64,000 bases of DNA from Cyanidioschyzon merolae (taxonomy: Eukaryota). Made by a program: the position numbers and the translations under genes. Within the stretch, counting starts at the first letter, position 1. Each line of letters begins with the position of its first letter. The notes under the pieces are model-generated. The model did no database searches. It had not been told where the DNA came from and worked only from the letters and a program-made list of their open reading frames with translations. Below, piece by piece: positions 34,501-43,274 of the stretch. The stretch lies in NCBI GenBank assembly GCA_000091205.1, contig AP006491.2; one strand, written 5' to 3'.

Positions 34501-34778
34501 ATCAGGACAAGTTTACGAGCCTGAGCAAGTACGAACCTGGAGGCGCCTCTGACCCGCTGTTCATTGATCTGGAAACGGCAGTTCATATTCTGGACACTGC
34601 GAAAACGTCCAAGTCTAGATCCAGGTCGACGAAATCGAAAACCAGCGATGCCGCTGAAGAAGCGAATGGGGCTTCATCGGAGTCTGCGGACGCAGCACCT
34701 ACGGAAAACGACCAGCTCAAGGCACCGCCAAGACGCGGAACAGCGCCTCGAACTCGCTCCCGCAAAACTTCCGGTTAG
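31506..34778 (+). CDS. topA: DNA topoisomerase I, bacterial type IA (TopA), organellar; C-terminal GPYGPY-type repeats and Lys/Arg/Ser-rich tail
   Basis: Toprim region [55 protein letters not shown], type-IA active-site region [14 protein letters not shown]. C-terminal repeats [51 protein letters not shown] typical of cyanobacterial/actinobacterial TopA C-terminal domains lacking zinc ribbons. About 140-aa N-terminal presequence; true start uncertain. Confidence 0.9.
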   Translation: [1090 protein letters not shown]

Positions 34779-35491
34779 GCGCGTCGCAACCAAGTATGGA
34801 GACACGGGGGGGTCAAAACCCCCGCGGGCATAAAATAGAGCGTCCATAGGCAGGTTCATGAGGTATTCGTTCGATACGCGCTGTGGCCCGTAGACACGAC
34901 GCTGCGGTTCGCGTCTGCGTTGCTCTTCGTTGTTTGCAACGCGCTTTCATCCGTAAGCAAGCGAGTCCGACTTGATTCCGCGTGGATGTGTTCGATGCTG
35001 GCCGTAACGCCTGGTACCGCAGGTCCAACGCTGCAGGCAGACTGGGCGTCGCACTCGTGCTCGTCCCCAGTGAATGATGATCATTCAGGGAGGTATGGGT
35101 TGTGTTTCGACGTACTCGGAGTTCTGCTGCAGAAATGATACATGCTCGCCTAGATGCCGACAAACATCGCGCACGTGGAAGTTCCTGGTTGGACGCAGCG
35201 TTCTTATACCATTGAACAAGTGCGCGTTTGTGTGACAGTGCCGACGCATTCACCGGGAAACCTGCGCGTCTCCGAGACCGAAACGTATCCAGACGTCGCA
35301 TTTGGAACAAGACGTACCAGCGTTGGAAAAGCGCTCACCAGTCCAACAACATCCAAGTCGCCATGACGTGCACACCTCGAGCACCGCGCTCGCTCTGTTG
35401 TGGTATACTCGCCAGGTGCGAGACGGTACACGCTCCCGACGCTCACCGCAGCCGTTCTTTTGCGCCTATATCGAGCGCACAGCTGCTGTTT

Positions 35492-36088
35492 TCAGCGAGA
35501 TACCTTGGAATGCCGCGCTTTGGACAGAGCGACCGGCGAGTTTAGCTCGAGATAGAGCACGCTGGCCTGGTTGCCACTGCCGAGCGGGACCCGCGTGTAC
35601 CGCGGCAAGCGCACAAGCGAGCCGCCGCCGCCGCCTCCAGTTGCGCCGGCCTCCCGTGGCTGCCAGTACCGCCGCCATGCACTCGCCATGAGTGCTTCGT
35701 TTCGGGAACGCTTGGCGCTCCAGTAACTTGGCAGCCAGAACCTGCGCTGCCAGGCGCGAACGGTCGCAAGTGCGCGCCAGAAGAGGTGCACGTACGAGAG
35801 CATGTTGTGGCTCAGTTGCATGGACTGCCGACCCTGCCGCCTGGCCTCTGTAATAAGGTACCAAACACGATCGTAGAGTCTTGCTGCAAGGTCTAGTCCG
35901 ATAGAGAGTCCAGCGGTGCTCGCACTGAGCCAGTACGGTAGCTGGGCGAGCGTCTGCGCGAGCACGCCTGTGGCGGCTCCCAAAAAGACAACGAGCTCTA
36001 AACTCGTGATCAGTACTTGAATGTACAGCGGCACCGATACCACAGTGCGGAGTGTGTACCGCGTCCAAGTGACAGGACCACCGGTCAT
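35492..36088 (-). CDS. Hypothetical polytopic membrane protein, 198 aa
   Basis: Hydrophobic segments LYIQVLITSLELVVFLGAATGVLA and WLSASTAGLSIGLDL, followed by basic/Trp-rich region. An overlapping 200-aa ORF in another frame (35466..36068) makes the frame choice uncertain. Confidence 0.25.
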   Translation of the reverse strand: MTGGPVTWTRYTLRTVVSVPLYIQVLITSLELVVFLGAATGVLAQTLAQLPYWLSASTAGLSIGLDLAARLYDRVWYLITEARRQGRQSMQLSHNMLSYVHLFWRALATVRAWQRRFWLPSYWSAKRSRNEALMASAWRRYWQPREAGATGGGGGGSLVRLPRYTRVPLGSGNQASVLYLELNSPVALSKARHSKVSR

Positions 36089-37345
36089 CTCACCGCAGTT
36101 TCATGTGTTTGCATGGGCTTGTCTGACGCTCCAACACGCCGTTTCCGACGAGCGTCCGATAGTACGGGATGTGCGGCGGCGGGGGAGGCGCTCCAACGCA
36201 CATGGCAGCTTGATACCATTTACGCCATATATTTCTATTCATAAACAGTTCTTCAAAACTAGACTTTCCACTCCATTCTGTTCCACACTTGCTCCAGTGT
36301 GTACACCAGGAGCTCGACATCCCTGTGCGGTGTACCCTCTAGGTCGTAGACAAAATGCCTATAGAATATATATGCTTTACTGAAGTGTGCATGGAGAACT
36401 GTATTCCTCCTTGAGGTCAGTCATACTATTGTGCTCAGATGCTTGAGGAAAACTGAAAGAGGCGAGTAGATGTGCTCTGTGCCAAAAACTGGTATCCGCA
36501 AAGGCCGCTTGCGGTCGCTAGCAGCATATGATCCGTTCGTCACCTTGCGGAAACGAAAAAGCGACGATACGAACCGCCACGGGCGTCTCTGTTTCTCAAC
36601 CGCTTATCCGTGTGATCCGACAAACACTGGGATACAGTCGCAAGAAAAGTCCCAGTTCAGTCAGGGCCATCTTCCACCGCAATCGCAAATTCTACAGAGA
36701 TCCTCGAACGCCACGATCGTTATGCACCACAGGGACGTCTGCGTGTGTGTTGCTCCAGTCGATATCGGTATTTTGTAATCGAGAGCAGCTGCATGCGGAC
36801 ATCGATCTCGACCAGAAACATCCCAGGGATGTGCTGGACTCCACTCAGTTGTCGCTTTGTTGTCCTATGCACCATTTTCCCGTAAACGTGCACGCTTCCA
36901 GATATGTGACGCACTTCAACGCAACTTTAGCAAGGTTACGATGCGGCGTTGCGCTCGACTGGGGTATTGTGCAACCGTCGACTTCTGGCAAGCGCGTCGC
37001 AGTCCGATGCAGGCTCCAACGGAAGCCAGGGTACCGGGGAAGCTCCAGGCGTTGACGTATGTTGCGCATGTATCCATACGCACAAACATACCACGCACAA
37101 ATAGCACGCTATCGGTTGACATCAAGGCTTCCGCTACTGCAGCTTGGTGACGCTCAAGGCGCTCGCCACAAACCGCGCACCCAGCGTCCTCAACTCGGGC
37201 AACGCGTCCCCGGACTCTGTTCGGGCGTTGCTATCACCTGAGGCCTGTGCACGCCCCGGCTCTGGTGACACCACCGGCGCTATACCACGCGAAAGCGTAA
37301 CACCGTGAACCTGAAACACCACACCACAGAGCCCAGCGGTGCGTC

Positions 37346-37948
37346 TTGTGCGACACCACGGCACCAGGTCTGTTGTTTGGTATGGAAGCAACCACCAGGG
37401 CAGCGGACGTGCCGGAGCAAAGTGATGATCCCCTGCCAGCACCAACAGAGCTCCAGTATTGGAAAGCACACGAAGAGGGCCTTGCAGGTCTCTCAGAGCC
37501 TGTGAGCGGGACGTTGCGTGCACGGCGAGACCCCGACTGGGACGACGTGGCGCTGCCGCTGCCCCCGGAGGCCATGCACGCCGACTACGGCCGGTTGGAC
37601 TCGAGCCTACGTGCTCGCATGGACGAGTTAGAGGCGCTGGAGTCGAAGCTGGAAGCAGAACGCGTGGCGCTGCAGGCGAGAGGCCCCAGGGAACCACCAA
37701 ACTGGCGAGGTCTCTTTCGTCGAGCGAAGGCGTCGGATAACGATAATGATACTGACGTTCGTCAGCGTTTGCAGGAACTGCAGTTGCACGATAAACCGAG
37801 CACAAAGCCGAAACCGAGCGTCCCTAGAGTCGCTGCGGTAACGAGTGCAACGACGAAAGCCTCAGAGCCAGAGGCGGCTCCGCGGCCCCTGTCGAGGTTC
37901 AAGCAGCGGCAGCTCGCGAAGCGCGCCCAGGACACGCGCTCGCCATAA
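37346..37948 (+). CDS. Hypothetical acidic coiled-coil protein with basic C-terminus
   Basis: MDELEALESKLEAERVALQARG coiled-coil segment and SRFKQRQLAKRAQ tail. Convergent with the importin gene. The overlapping minus-strand ORF (37134..37805) is Pro/Arg/Ala-rich, typical of an antisense frame. Alternative start at 37382. Confidence 0.3.
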   Translation: MCDTTAPGLLFGMEATTRAADVPEQSDDPLPAPTELQYWKAHEEGLAGLSEPVSGTLRARRDPDWDDVALPLPPEAMHADYGRLDSSLRARMDELEALESKLEAERVALQARGPREPPNWRGLFRRAKASDNDNDTDVRQRLQELQLHDKPSTKPKPSVPRVAAVTSATTKASEPEAAPRPLSRFKQRQLAKRAQDTRSP

Positions 37949-38024
37949 GCGTAGACCCGCGTTCGGCTTGTGCCGAGTTTACAATCGAAGAAAACGTTGT
38001 GAGCTGCTGCCTCGATCACTCGAG

Positions 38025-41000
38025 CTAGGCACGGGCAGCCAGTATCAAACGATGGAACAATTCGTATTCTGCGGCGTCGATGGAGGCAAGGCGCTGCAGC
38101 ATTTGTTGAAGGGCAGCGGGAGGCATTCGCGCAAACACGTCTTTCACGAGGTCCAGAGTCGACGGCTTGAGCTTGCCCTCGACAACAGCAACCTGGCGCG
38201 CAATCAGCAGAGGTATCATGTCGTACAGGTCGCTTCTATTGGGCAAACCTGCATGCATCGGCAACTGAATCAGAGCGGTGATGGCTGCATCAGCCTCTCC
38301 GAGCTCCGCCTGCAACGGCAAATAGTCCAGCACCGCCTTCAGAGACGTTGGTGCAGTAATGCACTGTGGATGTCGTAGGGCGATTTGCAGCAGAGCCGAG
38401 GCGGCTTTATCTGCCGCCTTTTCAGCGTCCTCATCGTCGCGTGCGTTCGGATCGAGCACGAGTTGCTCCAGCGACTCTGTGATCTGGAAGTTTCGATTCA
38501 TCTCGGCGAAGAGTTGCTGCTCAGTGCACTCAGCACATATTCGAATGCCGTAGGCGGCAGCCGCCTGCACATGTGCCTCTGTATCCTTGAGGTACGCCGC
38601 AAACGCCTGAAATGCTTGCGGCAAAATGTGGACACCGAGTGGACCGCTGAATTCCAGCCATGCGGCCCAGACGTTGAGGGCCGCGCTCCGTTCACTCGGA
38701 GAATGCTCCTGGGATATCATGGATGCAAACAGGCGCCCGACTGTGTTGATCTCCGACATTCCCGTTGAATTCGTTTCCGAGGCCGTTGTGGGGTCCTCCG
38801 CGCGCCACCTCCGACCGCTGGTCCTGGCAGGAGCATCCTCATCGACGTCATCGTTATCGTCGTCATCATTCGTTGATGCTACCGAACGAATCGGCGTCTG
38901 AAAGGCCGCGAAGAATCCGTTCGGCCCGTTGTGCTTCAGGAGGGTGCGTATGAGGTTGCTGCAGCCGAACAGCACCTCATCGTCCAACTCGTCCTCCTCC
39001 TCGAGATTGTGGATCTCATCGTCGTCTAACTCATAGTCTTCTGCTTGGGTGAGGAGTCGCTCGCGCACCCGCTCTTGACGCTCCTTGAGGACACTGAAAA
39101 TGAAACAAGCAGCGTCCAGACATTGCTGTGTGGAGAGCACGCCATCGCCCGCCACCTCTAGCATGTTATCCAGTGCCTCAATCATGGACACCTGCACCTC
39201 CACCTCCGGTTCGTTTTGTGCTGCATGACACAGTTTGGGGAGGAAGAAACTCACAATCTCGCGGACGGCTTCTGCGGAACGTTGCACATCACCCTGGGAG
39301 GTAAAGTGATCCGCCGTGCACTCAACCAAGTCTGGAATAGCCTCCGCCGCAAACTGGCGACATTCATCATGATACCAGAACTCCAAGTTCTCTACAATAA
39401 TCTGCGTTATGTCCATCAGATAAGGAAACAGGGAACCTTTCAGCTCCGCGGCGAAAGATGCTAGAATCGACAATGCGATGGCGCGATCCTCCAGGTTAAA
39501 CGCTCGTATTCCCAGTTTCTTGTTGCCCAAGTCGAGCATCGTATAGCCGTCGTCTGAACGCTTTGCCTGGTCCCCGTTACCGTCCTCTGTGGTGGCGACT
39601 GCCGCTCCCGCTGCACCGGTATAGCCCTGAATAGCGCCGTCGCGGTAATCATTAGCATCCTGAGCTTCCTTCTCGTCCTGGCCAGGAAAGAACTTCATGT
39701 CCGGCTTCAACCGCGCCATTTCGCATATCGTTGGCAGCACGTAGGGCAAATATGGTTCAAACTGCTTGCCAAGGCTCTGACAAATGCGCGCATAAGCCTG
39801 CATCATGTATCCTAGCTGTGGATCATCGGCATGGATTTCCATGTTCATCTGACTGGACACCAAAATCTGCATGATTTCATCGGCGTCAGCACGGAAACGT
39901 TCAGCACCCACCGCGACACCAATCAGCGTCATGCATTCCATGGCCTTGCTCCGCAAGAGACGGTTCCACTTGTCATCAGCGCTCGTTTGGCGGAGAAGGT
40001 GTTTGAGTGGCGGCATGAAGTCGTCGTAGTACTTGTTGAAGGCAGTGCCAACACAGCCGGCAACAGCTGCTACCGCCGTCATGGCCTGCTCGATCGCCAG
40101 ACGCGAGTTGCTGTTCAGCAACGAAATAAGTTTGCCGACGACCGTGTCCAGGTAAGGAATCAAGTTGGCGGCGCTGGCCTCATCGCAGAAGTTGATGAGA
40201 GCCGCGGCTGCATGGCTTCGCACTCGGTTACATGCGTCATCCATAGCGTCAATGAGAGTCGGCACCACATGCCTGTGGAACTTGCGTTGCAGCGTCCCGC
40301 CAAAATCGGTACTCATCTGGCCAATACAGTTGATCGCCGCCCAGCGTACACGAGGATGCGGGTCCTTCGTCGCGCCCACCACGAGCTTGAGGACGTCTCC
40401 AAGTTGCCGCTCCATGTGCTTCTCGCATCCCTCCCCAATCTGATTGATCGTCATGATCGCTGCGTAGCGGAAGCGCCAGTCGTCGCTGCGTTGCAGAAAC
40501 TGATCAATATAGCGGAAGGCTTTCGGCACAACAATTTTGCCCCCCAGTGCAATTGCGATGCGATCAAGAGATCCCTGTGCGGCCTCTAAATTCGAATACC
40601 CTGAATCGTCTTCAGCAGCATCGCCCTCAGATGCTGAGAGTGAGTCTTTTTCATACCATTCCTTTTCGTCGTCGATTTCGGTCATCATATGCATGCATGC
40701 AGTTATAAGCTGTTCGACGATTTGCTGGTTTTTCCGGGTTGAGCTACGAAGATGCTCCGCACATACCGTCAGAAACTCCAGGGCTATTTGGCGGGTTTCG
40801 TCTTCCAGATCGGTATTTCCCATCAGAGCCAGCATGGACGATGCTAGCGATCCAAAGTGGTCGCGGAAGAGTCGCGGCTCGCATTGCAGCATCTCGATAA
40901 TCTCCTCGATGGTTTTCCTGGTGTCCTCCTCGTCGCCGGCAGACATGGCAGTCTCGATGGATGCGCCTAACAAAGGAATCATGTCTCGAAATTGCATACA

Positions 41001-41738
41001 GTCTTTGCTTTCCGCAGTCTCTAAAATCGCGCGCAACGCCTCAATGGCGTGTTCTCGCACCTCAGCGTCCGGGTCCATGAGCCCTGGTCGCAAGATCTCG
41101 TGTAGTTGTCGCAAGTGCGGGCGAAGCGCATCGTCATCAAGATAGTCAAGCAGGCAAGCCAGGAGGTTCAGACCCGAGGCTCGATGACGCGTCACCGTGC
41201 TCGTCGCTAGCGCGTACACAACGCTGAACAACTCCGGCCAGGGTGCCAGTTCCGTGTCTGTGTTTGAAGAATCCACACCACTATGTTCGGCGATGACAGC
41301 ACCGCCAAGCGCTGCGACCACAGCACAAATCTTGCGCAGCTCTGATGGTGTATAGGTCTCGGTACCGTCGGTCTGAAGTGCAAGCAGAAGGCGCTGCCGT
41401 GCCCTCGTAATAACACCCATAGCATTTGCCCCGAGAGACGCTTTCTCCAGCGTCGCTATCCGCTGGCGAAGTAGCACTGCAGCTGCGGATCGAATAACAG
41501 TGGCTGCTGACGGATCGGCTGTACCGAGCGCACCCGCCGGTGCTGTACAGAGAAAGCTCAGCACGTCATAGGTGGCCACCGGTTCCGTAGCTACGAGTTG
41601 GTCAAACTCCGCTTCAGCCTCATGAATTGTCGCTGTAACAGGTGACTGTAACCTGTAAAGCAAAGCAACAACATCCCCCACAAGCCTCGGTGCGACGAGT
41701 TCGGCACTCATCACTGCACTCACGAATAGCGTCGTCAC
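38025..41738 (-). CDS. Importin-beta family karyopherin, importin-5/Kap121 (RanBP5)-like, 1237 aa, with acidic insertion
   Basis: HEAT-repeat protein throughout. DPHPRVRWAAINCIGQMSTDFG parallels the IPO5 motif [20 protein letters not shown]. Internal acidic block TNDDDDNDDVDEDAPARTSGRRW. Confidence 0.85.
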   Translation of the reverse strand: MTTLFVSAVMSAELVAPRLVGDVVALLYRLQSPVTATIHEAEAEFDQLVATEPVATYDVLSFLCTAPAGALGTADPSAATVIRSAAAVLLRQRIATLEKASLGANAMGVITRARQRLLLALQTDGTETYTPSELRKICAVVAALGGAVIAEHSGVDSSNTDTELAPWPELFSVVYALATSTVTRHRASGLNLLACLLDYLDDDALRPHLRQLHEILRPGLMDPDAEVREHAIEALRAILETAESKDCMQFRDMIPLLGASIETAMSAGDEEDTRKTIEEIIEMLQCEPRLFRDHFGSLASSMLALMGNTDLEDETRQIALEFLTVCAEHLRSSTRKNQQIVEQLITACMHMMTEIDDEKEWYEKDSLSASEGDAAEDDSGYSNLEAAQGSLDRIAIALGGKIVVPKAFRYIDQFLQRSDDWRFRYAAIMTINQIGEGCEKHMERQLGDVLKLVVGATKDPHPRVRWAAINCIGQMSTDFGGTLQRKFHRHVVPTLIDAMDDACNRVRSHAAAALINFCDEASAANLIPYLDTVVGKLISLLNSNSRLAIEQAMTAVAAVAGCVGTAFNKYYDDFMPPLKHLLRQTSADDKWNRLLRSKAMECMTLIGVAVGAERFRADADEIMQILVSSQMNMEIHADDPQLGYMMQAYARICQSLGKQFEPYLPYVLPTICEMARLKPDMKFFPGQDEKEAQDANDYRDGAIQGYTGAAGAAVATTEDGNGDQAKRSDDGYTMLDLGNKKLGIRAFNLEDRAIALSILASFAAELKGSLFPYLMDITQIIVENLEFWYHDECRQFAAEAIPDLVECTADHFTSQGDVQRSAEAVREIVSFFLPKLCHAAQNEPEVEVQVSMIEALDNMLEVAGDGVLSTQQCLDAACFIFSVLKERQERVRERLLTQAEDYELDDDEIHNLEEEDELDDEVLFGCSNLIRTLLKHNGPNGFFAAFQTPIRSVASTNDDDDNDDVDEDAPARTSGRRWRAEDPTTASETNSTGMSEINTVGRLFASMISQEHSPSERSAALNVWAAWLEFSGPLGVHILPQAFQAFAAYLKDTEAHVQAAAAYGIRICAECTEQQLFAEMNRNFQITESLEQLVLDPNARDDEDAEKAADKAASALLQIALRHPQCITAPTSLKAVLDYLPLQAELGEADAAITALIQLPMHAGLPNRSDLYDMIPLLIARQVAVVEGKLKPSTLDLVKDVFARMPPAALQQMLQRLASIDAAEYELFHRLILAARA

Positions 41739-43132
41739 TTGAAAGCGGCACAGGGAAGCCGCACGGTTTCTAACGCGTCGACGCGCGGCGCGCGCTGTGA
41801 CATCCAGCCGCCGCCGTCACGCGGGCGCGTTCAACGTGTCCACCTCGAGTGCTGCGCCTCGAGCGGCGTTGGATACACGAGTCTTTGGAGCGGGTGATGC
41901 CTCCGGCGGGGTCCAGGGCAGTCATTCGTATCCTTTGATGGCGCCTGATTCATAGCGTGTGCTAGTACCGATCTGTGGGCAGTTTTAGAGGACGGGTGCC
42001 GGTCGATAGATCGTCCGGGGCTGACACGTCTTCGTTCTGCTAAGAGCAGCGGTGATAGGCTTCCATATGGATAGGTATTGTGTTGGCGCTTTCGAGCCGA
42101 ACAGATGCCTTTCGGATGATGCAGAATATCGACGTTGGTAAACTGGGAAGCCATTCGCTAACACAGAGAGCTTGGGAAACTCTTGTAGAGGATGAAATAT
42201 TCCTGAACACGGACCTGGCTGGACGACGATCTCTTCTCGCCTTGCGGAAATGTGGATGGGGTGCTCGGTGCGCGCTCCGCGGCGGGCGGTATCTCGGAAG
42301 CACCGTACGACCTTGTCGACGGTGATGCCGGCGCCTCGATGCTCCGACCTCTAGTTTTCAGTTGAATGCTGTGCGTTCGAAATGCCTCCTGGGGAGAAGA
42401 ATTCCTGCAGCCATTCGGGAAGTGGCATCTGCGCTTGGCGCTTGTGATGCTACGCTAGCGCGCCAGATGCACGCCTCCTCGATGACATGCGTCTTTGATG
42501 CCAGCGTGCTACTCGTTCTTTAACGGGCATGAGAAGAAAAAACCTCGTTCGTCGAGTTCCTCGAATGGACTCTAGGCGGTCAGCGTCGCTATTATAAATC
42601 ACTTTGCCGCTCGAACTGGTTGCACTGGAAATATCTAGTGGCTATCGGTATGCTGTAACAGAGGTAGAACCCGCAAAACCGAACAAGCATTCCAACGATG
42701 ACGCCGAACGTGCCCAGGGGCGCTGCTGTTCGCCTGCGCAGAGCGGCGCGTGCTAGGCCTGTCTGAACGCGGGACGCAAACACATCCACATACGCGTACG
42801 CATCCATCCAGTGCATCAGGTGGCCCGCATCACCTCGCTTCTACCGAAACTGAACGCGTCCGCAATGAAGATACTTAGATTTGAGGTGAACCAGACACGC
42901 AACATCGGTCATCCATCAAACGCTTGCTGAGCACCGAACCGCTCACATTTTCCTAAACAGACCCAGATGGAATTCCTTTTTATTTTGCATACAGATGCCC
43001 TTTCCATGGGCGGGATCGCGTCGCTTCAGCGTTGTCAACGCTGCAGGCATCGCCTTGACGCTTGAATGATTGGCGCGCGTCGAATCAATGGCAATTCTGG
43101 CGATCCTGCAGCCCCGGTGGCGGCTGCTGTCC

Positions 43133-43184
43133 GGTATGCGTGCGCGGTATGCGTGCGCGGTATGCGTGCGCGGTATGCGTGCGG
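43133..43184. repeat. 13-bp tandem repeat (ggtatgcgtgcgc) x4 in divergent intergenic region
   Basis: Four consecutive units; the last is a variant (ggtatgcgtgcgg). Confidence 0.9.
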
Positions 43185-43274
43185 TAATTGGCGCGAGCCC
43201 GCGAATAACCGCCCGTAGACGCAGGTAAACAGCGTTATTCCAGCCGTCGATAGTGGCAAGTACGTTGAACCGGT

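Noticed and set aside
37134-37805. 223-aa minus-strand ORF overlapping the coiled-coil ORF
   Set aside because: Pro/Ala/Arg-rich composition characteristic of antisense frames. The plus-strand partner has a more protein-like composition.
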